DNA from: a virus
Direction: 5' to 3' (one strand)
Length of the DNA: 27,204 bases
Virus genome (UHGV): UHGV-0165622
Every line of letters starts with the position of its first letter. The stretch's first letter is position 1. Under the pieces are notes generated by a model that worked only from the letters and a program-made list of their open reading frames with translations, did no database searches and was not told the DNA's origin. The translations under genes and the position numbers were made by a program. Positions 7,634 to 16,249 of this stretch are shown here, piece after piece.

Positions 7634-8196
7634 GCGTAAATATGATATATCCGGAAATTACAGGCAAAAGCGGCGAGCATTTACGTCTAAAAACGCTGGA
7701 AGCAGTCTGGATCCAGGGGAAATTACGGATGTGGGGGCGGTGGTCGTATATTGGCGGCGGTAAGACGGGAAATATGTTCAACCAATTACTGACCTCTAAA
7801 AAGCTGACAAAAACGGCAATTAACGAGGCGCTCCGGAGGATGAAAAAAGCTGGTCTGGACAAACCTGAACTTGAGGCTTTTTTGCGGGATATGATCAACG
7901 GCAATCAAAAAAGCTGGCTGGCACATTGTACCGATTCAGAGGCGTTAATAATCGACAGGGTTATTGGTGAAGTCCTGGCAGGCTATCCCGGGCTGCTCAA
8001 TGTCCTGAGTCAGCGTTATGTGGGGCGGGGGATGACTAAGCGCAAAATGGCTGAACTGCTGAATGATGCACACCCGGAATGGAGTTTAAGAACCTGTGAA
8101 AGACGCATTGAGCATTGGCTAAAGGTGGCAGAATTTATTTTGTACAAACCAATGGTTATGGCTTTTGGTATAGAGAAAAAAGTTATTGCTTTTTGA
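7630..8196 (+). CDS. Putative late-gene antiterminator Q-like protein
   Basis: 188-aa ORF in the canonical Q position (after rusA, before the tR'-like terminator and lysis region); loose similarity to phage-21/DLP12-type Q from memory. Confidence 0.55.
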   Translation: MSVNMIYPEITGKSGEHLRLKTLEAVWIQGKLRMWGRWSYIGGGKTGNMFNQLLTSKKLTKTAINEALRRMKKAGLDKPELEAFLRDMINGNQKSWLAHCTDSEALIIDRVIGEVLAGYPGLLNVLSQRYVGRGMTKRKMAELLNDAHPEWSLRTCERRIEHWLKVAEFILYKPMVMAFGIEKKVIAF

Positions 8197-8272
8197 CGTA
8201 AAAACTGCTTCAATTCCGGTACGCTTCGCAAAGCTGTACCACGAGGCGAATAGCAGACATGGACATTTGAAA

Positions 8273-8298
8273 GAGCCCGCTTTTTGCGGGTTTTTTTA
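8273..8298 (+). terminator. tR'-like intrinsic terminator downstream of Q
   Basis: Hairpin agcccgc-ttttt-gcggg followed by a T7 run, placed as lambda tR' is. Confidence 0.55.
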
Positions 8299-8420
8299 TG
8301 CCTGAAAAACGGCACAGAACATTAAACGCGCTGGTGGTTGCGAATACCGGTCTTTCAGCTTGCTGGCTTTTCCGACAAGAGTTATTGGTATGTTACGTTA
8401 ACCAGAAAAGGGAAAAAGAC

Positions 8421-8618
8421 ATGCTAAAACAGCAGGATATGACCGAAACCGCCAGAGTGGTGTTTAATGAGTTAAGCGTCACCGAACCGGCGACAGTCGG
8501 GGAGATTGCACAGAATACTTACCTTTCACGCGAACGCTGCCAGTTAATACTGACCCAGCTTGTTATGGCGGGTCTGGCAGACTATCAGTTTGGTTGTTAC
8601 AGACACCTTCAGTCCTGA
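8421..8618 (+). CDS. Small putative winged-helix DNA-binding protein
   Basis: 65 aa; HTH-like segment TVGEIAQNTYLSRERCQLILTQLVMAGL; followed by hairpin ccttcag-tcc-tgaagg and a T-run. Confidence 0.4.
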   Translation: MLKQQDMTETARVVFNELSVTEPATVGEIAQNTYLSRERCQLILTQLVMAGLADYQFGCYRHLQS

Positions 8619-8987
8619 AGGCTTTTTTATTTGTGGTAAATGGGCGGCTGGTGGGTGTGGTGGTTGTTGCTTTCCCGTTGCTGAAAAAGAAAACGCCAGA
8701 CTGTTAGCCGGGTATCAGTTATCTGGAGAAATTTTTAAATACCTCACAATTCAGGCGGTTGACTGTTGTCTGGTTTGCGGGGAGTTTGTTAAAAGAAACT
8801 GGCATGGTGAATCCCCCTGTGCGGAGGGGCAATCAGCGAGTAGGTATATGGGATAATCGCGGATTCAGGTGCTGGTACTGAATTCACCGGGAGGCACCCG
8901 GCACCATGCAATGGCACATAGCGCCACTCTCCAGCCCCTCTCCGGAGGGGCTGTTTATATTGATTTTGTCAGATGTGAGTAAACTCC

Positions 8988-9323
8988 TTATGGACTTTGT
9001 TGTTTTAGTCCATAAGGACATATTTGCAGAGTGCAACGGTTATTAAAGCATTCATTCAATACGTTATCTGTATTTGTAGGACATTCCTGGCTGTTTTTGA
9101 TTAAATTCCAGAATGTTTTATTGAATGGTACTACGTTGTAAATGGTTAAAGGTAGCACTTTGTTATTGAGCATGATACCTGTGTGAGTCAGTGTAAATAT
9201 ACTTTCAGGAGGTAAGAAAGCATCCGATTGATACCAGATTATTAATTTTATTTTACTCCATATGACTGAAAAAGATATTCCGCATGATGGCTGGATAACT
9301 GTATCAATCACAATCCACTTCAT
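8988..9323 (-). CDS. Hypothetical Cys-containing protein in an AT-rich island, opposite strand to the late operon
   Basis: 111-aa ORF; good Shine-Dalgarno (AAGGAAA) upstream of the ATG on the minus strand; AT-rich composition unlike flanking phage genes; an 11-bp perfect inverted repeat (ccttatggact/agtccataagg) lies at its 3' end. Confidence 0.5.
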   Translation of the reverse strand: MKWIVIDTVIQPSCGISFSVIWSKIKLIIWYQSDAFLPPESIFTLTHTGIMLNNKVLPLTIYNVVPFNKTFWNLIKNSQECPTNTDNVLNECFNNRCTLQICPYGLKQQSP

Positions 9324-9568
9324 TTAGTTTCCTTGTTTATGTCTTGCTGGTGATGTTCTGAAAAGTATAAATGATATTTTTGAATGTAAACCATAGAGCA
9401 GAATTATTTTTCTGATGTTGTTTATTGTTTATTTAAATGCAGGGTGGTTTATATCTCGTCTTGTAGTTTATCCATGCATATCTGCTTGATGATGAGGTTT
9501 TTATTTAAGGTATGGTTTTGTGTTTTTTCTGTATTACATGTCAGGTATTTTAAAGAATTATTTTTCAG

Positions 9569-11545
9569 ATGGTGGAAAGAACCATGGCATTTAAACACTA
9601 TGATGTTGTCAGGGCGGCATCGCCGTCAGACCTTGCGAAACGACTGACACAAAAACTGAAGGAGGGGTGGCAGCCATTTGGCAGTCCGGTGGCCATCACG
9701 CCTTATACCCTGATGCAGGCCATTGCGGCGGAAGGTGATGTCACCACACCTGTGGTGGTGAAGCCGTCGGATGGAGAAGGCGCAGTTATCAGCACCACCA
9801 GCAACCCGGAGTATTACTTTGTTGTTGCCCTGGCCGGGCAGTCAAACGGTATGGCGTATGGTGAAGGGCTTCCGCTGCCGGAGACATATGACCGTCCGGA
9901 CCCGCGTATTAAACAGCTGGCGCGTCGCAGCACTGTCACGCCGGGTGGTGCGTCCTGTAACTACAATGACATTATTCCTGCGGACCACTGCCTGCATGAT
10001 GTTCAGGATTTGAGTAAGTTTTCACACCCGAAAGCCAGCGCAGCTCAGTATGGATGCGTGGGGCAGGGATTACATATCGCGAAGAAATTGTTGCCGTTTA
10101 TTCCGGCGAATGCCGGTATTCTTCTGGTTCCGTGCTGCCGTGGTGGTTCTGCATTTTTGGCGGGCGATGAAGGTACCTTCAGCGAATCCACCGGCGCAAG
10201 CGAGACCTCGGCACGCTGGGGTGTTGATAAGCCACTGTACAAGGACCTGCTTACCCGTACTCAGGCCGCACTGAAGGCCAACCCTAAAAATATTCTGCTT
10301 GCAGTGGTCTGGATGCAGGGCGAGTTTGATTTGAAACAGGGTGCATACGCCACTCAGCCGGGGCTGTTTGATTCCATGGTGGAAAAATATCGTTCTGACC
10401 TGTCGGAATTCGGAGGTCAGTGTCTCGGGGGCTCTCCGTCATCGGTTCCCTGGATTTGTGGCGACACGACCTACTACTGGAAGCAGACTTATTCTTCGCA
10501 ATACGATGCGGTGTATGGTGCATACAAGACGAAATCCGCAAAAAAAATCTTCTTTGTGCCGTTTATGACGGATGAAAACGGGCGAAATGTGGGTACCAAC
10601 GAGCCGTCAGAAGATCCGGATGTTGCGGATATTGGGTATTACGGAGCCGGTGGTCGAACGGACGCCAAAACCTGGACGACGGCCGACCGTAAAACGCATT
10701 TTGGATCATGGGCACGTCGTGGGATTATTTCCGACCGTCTGGCAACGGCGATTCTTGTGCATGCCGGGAGAAACGCTGAATTCATTACCGGAAAACAGCC
10801 TGATACGGTGAAGCCCACCGGACCTTCCGGTGAAGGTACGGAGAGAGAGCCGGAAGCCCCGGTCAGTAACCGAACCCTGATGAGTCTGCTGGCGTCCGGC
10901 GAAGACCTGGCATCACAGGGCTGGCGCTATTATCACAAACCGGCGAGCGGAGACAATGTTAACAAAAACATTGCTGAAGCGGTGGTCAGTGATGCGGGGG
11001 CTACGGGAGGTAAGGCCCTGCAACTGAATAAACCGGAAAACCACATCTGGTTTCTGGAGCATGATGCAGCCGGACAGGGAGTGGAGTTACTGAAGAAGGG
11101 GGGACGTGTGAGCGTACGGTTTAAGTTGCCGGGTTCACTGGTGCCGAATCAGTTTGCCCTGGGCATTTACTGGCAGTTGTCGTCCCTGCCGGAGGGAGTG
11201 ACGCTGGCAGAGGAAGGCAACGACATGCTGATGTCCTTCTTCCTGCAGACGGATGCGACGAACCTGAACGCGATGCACCACAAGAAGCCGAATGCGAAGC
11301 TGGATACGTTCGGGGTCTTTGATAACGGATGGCACACACTGGCTTTTGAGTTTGCCGGAAACAACAGCATTCAGGTGACGCCGGTACTGGATGAGAAACG
11401 GGGGACGCCGTTCACACTGGTGAAATCTCCGGCATCAGGGGCGGCGGACAAACTGCAACTGACAGGCATATCAAAGGCGGCGACATATACGCTGCTGATT
11501 GACAGTGTGAAGGTGGAAGTGAACAACGCGGACATCGCGGCATGA
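9569..11545 (+). CDS. nanS-p: Prophage sialate O-acetylesterase NanS-p-type protein (N-terminal DUF1737, SGNH/GQSN esterase core)
   Basis: 658 aa; N-terminus MAFKHYDVVRAASPSDLAKRL; esterase motif ALAGQSNGMAYGEG; sits where Stx phages carry the homologous gene between stx and the lysis cassette. Confidence 0.8.
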   Translation: MVERTMAFKHYDVVRAASPSDLAKRLTQKLKEGWQPFGSPVAITPYTLMQAIAAEGDVTTPVVVKPSDGEGAVISTTSNPEYYFVVALAGQSNGMAYGEGLPLPETYDRPDPRIKQLARRSTVTPGGASCNYNDIIPADHCLHDVQDLSKFSHPKASAAQYGCVGQGLHIAKKLLPFIPANAGILLVPCCRGGSAFLAGDEGTFSESTGASETSARWGVDKPLYKDLLTRTQAALKANPKNILLAVVWMQGEFDLKQGAYATQPGLFDSMVEKYRSDLSEFGGQCLGGSPSSVPWICGDTTYYWKQTYSSQYDAVYGAYKTKSAKKIFFVPFMTDENGRNVGTNEPSEDPDVADIGYYGAGGRTDAKTWTTADRKTHFGSWARRGIISDRLATAILVHAGRNAEFITGKQPDTVKPTGPSGEGTEREPEAPVSNRTLMSLLASGEDLASQGWRYYHKPASGDNVNKNIAEAVVSDAGATGGKALQLNKPENHIWFLEHDAAGQGVELLKKGGRVSVRFKLPGSLVPNQFALGIYWQLSSLPEGVTLAEEGNDMLMSFFLQTDATNLNAMHHKKPNAKLDTFGVFDNGWHTLAFEFAGNNSIQVTPVLDEKRGTPFTLVKSPASGAADKLQLTGISKAATYTLLIDSVKVEVNNADIAA

Positions 11546-11901
11546 TAAAAAAAGCCGCCAGCGGTAGGAATGGAAGCTGGCGGAGGTAATCCCAATGGAG
11601 AATGTAAAGAAAAGATGCTTTCGACATCAATCATTTCTAAATGAAAACAGTTCTCATTGTCAACCATAACGGTAAGAAATTATGACATTTATTCATCAGG
11701 TAATGCTGTACTTCTGTATGGCAGTCTGTGTTATGTATCTTCTTTCGGGTGGGTACAGGGCAGTGCGCGATTTCTGGCGCAGGCAGATTGATAAAAGGGC
11801 CGCTGAGAGAATCAGCGCCAGTCAGTCAGCCGGAAGCAAACCCGAAGATCCGCTCATTCCGTAGTCACTTTCTTGACAACACCTTTCAACGAGAAAATCC
11901 C

Positions 11902-12147
11902 ATGTCAGAAATCACATCCCTGGTCACTGCTGAGGCAGTGAAGGAAGTCCTGCGCTCTGAAGAAGTCCTGAGCGCACTGAAACAGAAACTCCGCCAGAAC
12001 CTTGAGTCGCGTCTTGATGCAGAAGTGGATGCCATTCTGGATGAGCTGCTGGGCGTACCAGCGGTTCCGGAGCCGGAAGGTATCGCGGGTGACGGGAGTG
12101 CTTCAGATGGCGGTGAACCCACACCTGACAGCGACATGATGATGTAA
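11902..12147 (+). CDS. Hypothetical acidic protein upstream of the holin
   Basis: 82-aa [25 protein letters not shown]... Confidence 0.45.
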   Translation: MSEITSLVTAEAVKEVLRSEEVLSALKQKLRQNLESRLDAEVDAILDELLGVPAVPEPEGIAGDGSASDGGEPTPDSDMMM

Positions 12148-12223
12148 GCCTGCGCAAGGGACCATCGGTGTGTGCCGGTGGTCTTTATATTGTTGTGAGC
12201 TTCCGGATAACGGGAGACGGGGT

Positions 12224-12439
12224 ATGTACCAGATGGAAAAAATCACAACAGGTGTGTCATACACCACGTCAGCGGTGGGAACGGGCTACTGGTTCCTGCA
12301 GTTGCTGGACAGGGTTTCCCCGTCTCAGTGGGCGGCAATAGGCGTGCTGGGGAGTCTGCTGTTTGGGCTGCTGACGTACCTGACTAACCTGTATTTCAAA
12401 ATCAAAGAGGACCGGCGTAAGGCGGCGCGGGGAGAGTAA
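12224..12439 (+). CDS. Holin (class II, dual-start MYQM), Stx-phage S type
   Basis: 71 aa; two hydrophobic helices, charged C-terminus [13 protein letters not shown]; dual Met start; GGGAGACGGGG Shine-Dalgarno. Confidence 0.85.
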   Translation: MYQMEKITTGVSYTTSAVGTGYWFLQLLDRVSPSQWAAIGVLGSLLFGLLTYLTNLYFKIKEDRRKAARGE

Positions 12440-12440
12440 A

Positions 12441-13334
12441 GTGATGAATAAAAAATATGAACTGGTTGTTAAGGGGATAAATAATTACGGGGATAAGGTT
12501 ACTGTTACTGTGAAGCCGGAAGGTGACGGGCAAGCGTCGCTGTTGTTGCCAGATGTGGCGATTAGTCTTGACCGTACTGAAGGTGCCACGCTGGAGTTTT
12601 ACGAAGCTGAGGCGAAAAAGCAGGCGAAGCAGTTTTTCATGGATGTTGCTGCCGGGTTATGTGAATGGAACGAACCGTTGCCGGAAAAGCGCCCCGTAAT
12701 TTTAGAGGCGCAGGATGTGTTGATAACCTACAAAGGAAAGCTACCGGGAAGAATTACTTGTTCTCTGAAGATGCCGCCGTCAACACTGCGGTCAGAAAAA
12801 GATGATGTTGAATCACGTATTGAAAAACTGGAGAGCTACGTCGTTGAGCTGAATAAGAAATGGTCGATATTGGTGCCTTCTGGCGATGAAAAGCAGTTTG
12901 CTGCGTTTGACGATTATTGTCGGAAAGTGATGAGCAGAAATCTCGCAGAGTGTTTCAGTATTCATAATGATAATTTCAGTGACCCGGAATGGGAGTGTAA
13001 CCGGCCATCCTTTGTTGTATCCGGTGATGCTGGGAAAATAACCATCTCAGAAAATGGGAAAGTAACACCTCCATCGCACCAGCACAGTGAGGAGCTCATT
13101 GAATTTGCCATTGATTACCTGAAGAACAATAAAAAGCAGGGGCTGATGAAGCGCGTTGGCCGTTGCATGGGATATCTTCAGGTAGCCGCTGAGATTGAAG
13201 CGCTGGCCAGTGGTGCTGATAAGGATGCAATTGTGCGGGAGGCTCTTCTTCGTGATTTTAATACTCCACCCTTTAAAAAAGTGCCGGCTTACTGGCTTCA
13301 TCCGGGGCTGACTTATCTTAAAGTGCGTATTTAG
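12441..13334 (+). CDS. Unknown 297-aa protein inserted between holin and endolysin
   Basis: ORF starts 2 nt after the holin stop with GGGGAGAG Shine-Dalgarno and ends 36 nt before the endolysin; no recognisable domain; lower GC than neighbours. Confidence 0.7.
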   Translation: MMNKKYELVVKGINNYGDKVTVTVKPEGDGQASLLLPDVAISLDRTEGATLEFYEAEAKKQAKQFFMDVAAGLCEWNEPLPEKRPVILEAQDVLITYKGKLPGRITCSLKMPPSTLRSEKDDVESRIEKLESYVVELNKKWSILVPSGDEKQFAAFDDYCRKVMSRNLAECFSIHNDNFSDPEWECNRPSFVVSGDAGKITISENGKVTPPSHQHSEELIEFAIDYLKNNKKQGLMKRVGRCMGYLQVAAEIEALASGADKDAIVREALLRDFNTPPFKKVPAYWLHPGLTYLKVRI

Positions 13335-13370
13335 TGGGCCAGGGACAGCGGCTGAATATTTAATATATCC

Positions 13371-13904
13371 ATGAACACCAAAATCAAATACGGCCTGTCG
13401 GCTGCCGTTCTGGCGCTGATTGCCGCTGGTGCGCCTGCGCCTGACATTCTCGACCAGTTTCTGGATGAAAAGGAAGGCAACCACACCACGGCATACCGTG
13501 ATGGTGCAGGTATCTGGACCATCTGCCGTGGTGCCATCATGGTGGATGGCAAACCTGTCGTTCCGGGCATGAAGTTGTCGAAGGAAAAATGCGACCAGGT
13601 TAACGCCATTGAGCGTGATAAGGCGCTGGCATGGGTGGAGAAAAACATCAAAGTGCCGCTGACCGAACCCCAGAAAGCGGGGATCGCGTCATTCTGTCCG
13701 TACAACATTGGTCCCGGTAAGTGTTTCCCGTCGACGTTTTACAGACGAATTAATGCTGGTGATCGAAAAGGTGCCTGCGAAGCGATTCGCTGGTGGATTA
13801 AGGACGGTGGCAGAGACTGCCGTATTCGTTCAAACAACTGTTACGGTCAGGTATCCCGTCGTGACCAGGAGAGCGCGCTGGCGTGCTGGGGTATCGACAG
13901 ATAA
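13371..13904 (+). CDS. SAR endolysin (phage lysozyme R, T4-lysozyme fold)
   Basis: 177 aa; N-terminal signal-anchor-release segment GLSAAVLALIAAGAPAP; catalytic region EGNHTTAYRDGAGIWTICRG typical of P21/933W R. Confidence 0.9.
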   Translation: MNTKIKYGLSAAVLALIAAGAPAPDILDQFLDEKEGNHTTAYRDGAGIWTICRGAIMVDGKPVVPGMKLSKEKCDQVNAIERDKALAWVEKNIKVPLTEPQKAGIASFCPYNIGPGKCFPSTFYRRINAGDRKGACEAIRWWIKDGGRDCRIRSNNCYGQVSRRDQESALACWGIDR

Positions 13905-14060
13905 GCAGAATATTTTGCTGAAAAATGAGGAATGGCCACGCGGGCGGATAACACGAAATCCTGCGAACTGGCGAAACGTAAGTGAATAAAAGTAAAAACC
14001 CCGTTTGTTGGCACCAAGCGAGGTTTTGTGTTTCTGACCTTGAGTAAGGCAAGGGAGAAC

Positions 14061-14243
14061 ATGGCGAAGTGTAAACGAATTCTGTTGAGGTTGACTATGA
14101 AAAATGGCCTTGAACTGAAAGCGCCTGTAACTGATGACATCAGCAGAGCACTGGCTTTTGCCATTAAGTGGGTGGCGGTCGGTGTTGCTGTGTCCCCGAT
14201 GCTGTATGGGCTGGCAAAACTGGTCATTGCGTTGAAATCGTGA
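14061..14243 (+). CDS. Small hypothetical protein between R and Rz
   Basis: 60-aa ORF with AGGGAGA Shine-Dalgarno; hydrophobic C-terminus. Confidence 0.3.
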   Translation: MAKCKRILLRLTMKNGLELKAPVTDDISRALAFAIKWVAVGVAVSPMLYGLAKLVIALKS

Positions 14244-14257
14244 AGGGAGGATTAAGC

Positions 14258-14389
14258 ATGTCAGACAAACTCATAACGCTGGCGAAGATCCTCTGTGTAA
14301 TTGTCGGCATTTCATTTTCACTAATGCTGGTTGCTCTTTTTCTTTCCATGGCCTGGATGATGTTGTCTTCGTCGGGGTTGCTGGGGTGA
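14258..14389 (+). CDS. Small hydrophobic peptide (43 aa, not in ORF track)
   Basis: Strong Shine-Dalgarno GAAGGGAGG 7 nt upstream of ATG; single predicted transmembrane helix; stop overlaps Rz start. Confidence 0.3.
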   Translation: MSDKLITLAKILCVIVGISFSLMLVALFLSMAWMMLSSSGLLG

Positions 14390-14859
14390 ACATAAACCGA
14401 ATGCTTTCCGCGTTTATCGTTATTCTGCTGGTGGCCTGTGGTGCGCTGTGGATGGCAACAGACCATTACCGTGATAACGCGATTACCTACAAAGCGCAGC
14501 GCGATAACAAAGCCAGTGAACTGAAGCTGGCGAACGCAACCATTACTGATATGCAGGTGCGCCAGCGCGATGTTGCTGCGCTCGATGCAAAATACTCGAG
14601 GGAATTAGCCGATGCGAGAGCTGAAAATGAAACTCTTCGCGCTGACGTTGCCGCTGGTCGTAAGCGCCTGCGGATCAACGCCACCTGTCCAGGCTCCGTG
14701 CGTGAAGCCCCCACCACCTCCGGCGTGGATAATGCAACCGGCCCCCAACTGGCAGACACCGTTACACGGGATTATTTCACCCTCAGAGAGCGGCTGATGA
14801 CGATGCACAAGCAACTGGAAGGGGCACAGGACTATATCCGCACTCAGTGCCTGAAATAA
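14386..14859 (+). CDS. Rz inner-membrane spanin (i-spanin)
   Basis: 157 aa; N-terminal TM helix then [15 protein letters not shown] coiled-coil region typical of Rz; GTG start. Confidence 0.8.
   Translation: MNINRMLSAFIVILLVACGALWMATDHYRDNAITYKAQRDNKASELKLANATITDMQVRQRDVAALDAKYSRELADARAENETLRADVAAGRKRLRINATCPGSVREAPTTSGVDNATGPQLADTVTRDYFTLRERLMTMHKQLEGAQDYIRTQCLK
14627..14797 (+). CDS. Rz1 outer-membrane lipoprotein spanin (o-spanin), embedded in the +1 frame of Rz
   Basis: Lipobox LVVSAC followed by a proline-rich segment (PPPPPAW), fully nested within Rz. Confidence 0.7.
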   Translation: MKLFALTLPLVVSACGSTPPVQAPCVKPPPPPAWIMQPAPNWQTPLHGIISPSESG

Positions 14860-15169
14860 GTTTTGTTGATGCGCCGTATCGTCGCTATATTCCCTCATTA
14901 ACAGAGACCGCAGCCCGACAGGGAGACTCCTCTGCGCGAGTGTGCGGGGATAATTAAAAACGATGCACACCGGGTTTTTACCGCGTTAATGATTCGCGGG
15001 TTTATCCCGGTGCGATGGTGGAAGAAACAGGAAGCTGTATTACAGAAAGTGCTACTACTGTATCCCGATGCGATGTATGTAATGTGAGTCAGATAATGGC
15101 ACAGGATGTGGTGATGTGGCAGTCTGGAACACAGGATATATTGTCAGAATAAGACCCGTAGGAATAAAA

Positions 15170-15496
15170 ATGAAAAGACGCCTTTTACTACTTTTTCTGT
15201 TATCTGTCCTGGCAGTGGGATGCTCGCAGCAAAAAGCTGATGAGCCCCGGCAATTAGTGACGGTGTATCCACGATATCCGGAATATGCTGCAGCAAATTA
15301 TATCAAGGGGCTGGTTGAGGTTAAGTTCGATATTGGTGCTGATGGGACTGTGACACGGATCGTTTTTCTCCGCTCAGAGCCTCATAATTTGTTTCGTGAT
15401 GAAGTGGTGAAGGCCATGGCGAAATGGCGATTTGAAAAGAATCGCCCCTGTCAGGGAGTGAAGAGACAATTTATCTTTACGCCGTCACGTCCTTGA
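15170..15496 (+). CDS. Lipoprotein with TonB C-terminal-like domain (moron in the bor slot)
   Basis: 108 aa; signal peptide with lipobox LAVGC; YPRYPEYAAANYIKGLVEVKFDIGADGTV resembles the TonB C-terminal domain; Shine-Dalgarno AGGA upstream. Confidence 0.6.
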   Translation: MKRRLLLLFLLSVLAVGCSQQKADEPRQLVTVYPRYPEYAAANYIKGLVEVKFDIGADGTVTRIVFLRSEPHNLFRDEVVKAMAKWRFEKNRPCQGVKRQFIFTPSRP

Positions 15497-15618
15497 TGCT
15501 TCCAGGTAGAGAGGGGCTGGACGCAGGAGAAAAATGAAAGAGCCAGCGGTTATATTTTTGTCATGGCTGACGAGGAATGATGGAAGAAGGCGTTGTATGC
15601 CACACAACGCCTCACTGT

Positions 15619-15972
15619 TCATTTCTTCTTTTTCTCTGGTGGAACCCGATGAATAAGAGTTGCACTGGTTTCCGATGAGATGGCGATATACTCGGGCAAA
15701 GTATGCTGGCAGTTTTCCAACTGGTCAAAAATACCTGCTCTCGTCTGTTGCAATGCCTGCAGCATGCGGCGGCAATGCGCCTTGCTTTTACTAACCATCT
15801 TTCCTTCCTCTATCAGTCGCTGCGTGAACTCATCATGTAATACCAGGTAAATGCGGATGTTATCGGTTTTGGCTACGCAGCATAGTACAAAACGGACAGG
15901 TGCATCCCGGGACGGGGGAGGCGTCACATGTCCCTGTGATGGTTGTTCCGGGTAATGCACTGTGTGGGGCAT
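15619..15972 (-). CDS. Hypothetical protein on the opposite strand near cos
   Basis: 117-aa minus-strand ORF; an upstream minus-strand ORF in another frame (to 16111) encodes a signal-peptide-like N-terminus MKIRNILAISLATSSFS, so a frameshifted gene is possible. Confidence 0.35.
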   Translation of the reverse strand: MPHTVHYPEQPSQGHVTPPPSRDAPVRFVLCCVAKTDNIRIYLVLHDEFTQRLIEEGKMVSKSKAHCRRMLQALQQTRAGIFDQLENCQHTLPEYIAISSETSATLIHRVPPEKKKK

Positions 15973-16249
15973 AAAAATGTCCGATAATTTTACTTTCTAC
16001 CGCAGTTAGTTGATTCGTTGGTCCTGGTAGCACATTGGGCGAGGATTTAAATGCCAGGCAACTGAAGGATGATGTTGCAAGGGAGATAGCGAGAATATTT
16101 CTGATTTTCATTTGATGATGCCTCTGTGTGAAATGACGGTAAACGACGCACTTGTGCCGGCACATAATAGCAAGCACCATAATAGATCAGATTCGATTCT
16201 TGCTGTAAGTGATAATTATTCTCGTTTTCGGGTCCTTTCCGTCGATCCA

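Noticed and set aside
8196-9568. tRNA genes and stxAB expected downstream of Q in Stx phages
   Set aside because: Searched by eye for tRNA T-arm and CCA-end patterns and for Stx A/B-like ORFs; none found, though a tRNAscan-SE or BLAST run would be decisive.
9444-9647. 67-aa + strand ORF upstream of and overlapping the nanS-p start
   Set aside because: Lies in an AT-rich promoter-like region, overlaps the esterase start in another frame, and its translation is low-complexity hydrophobic.
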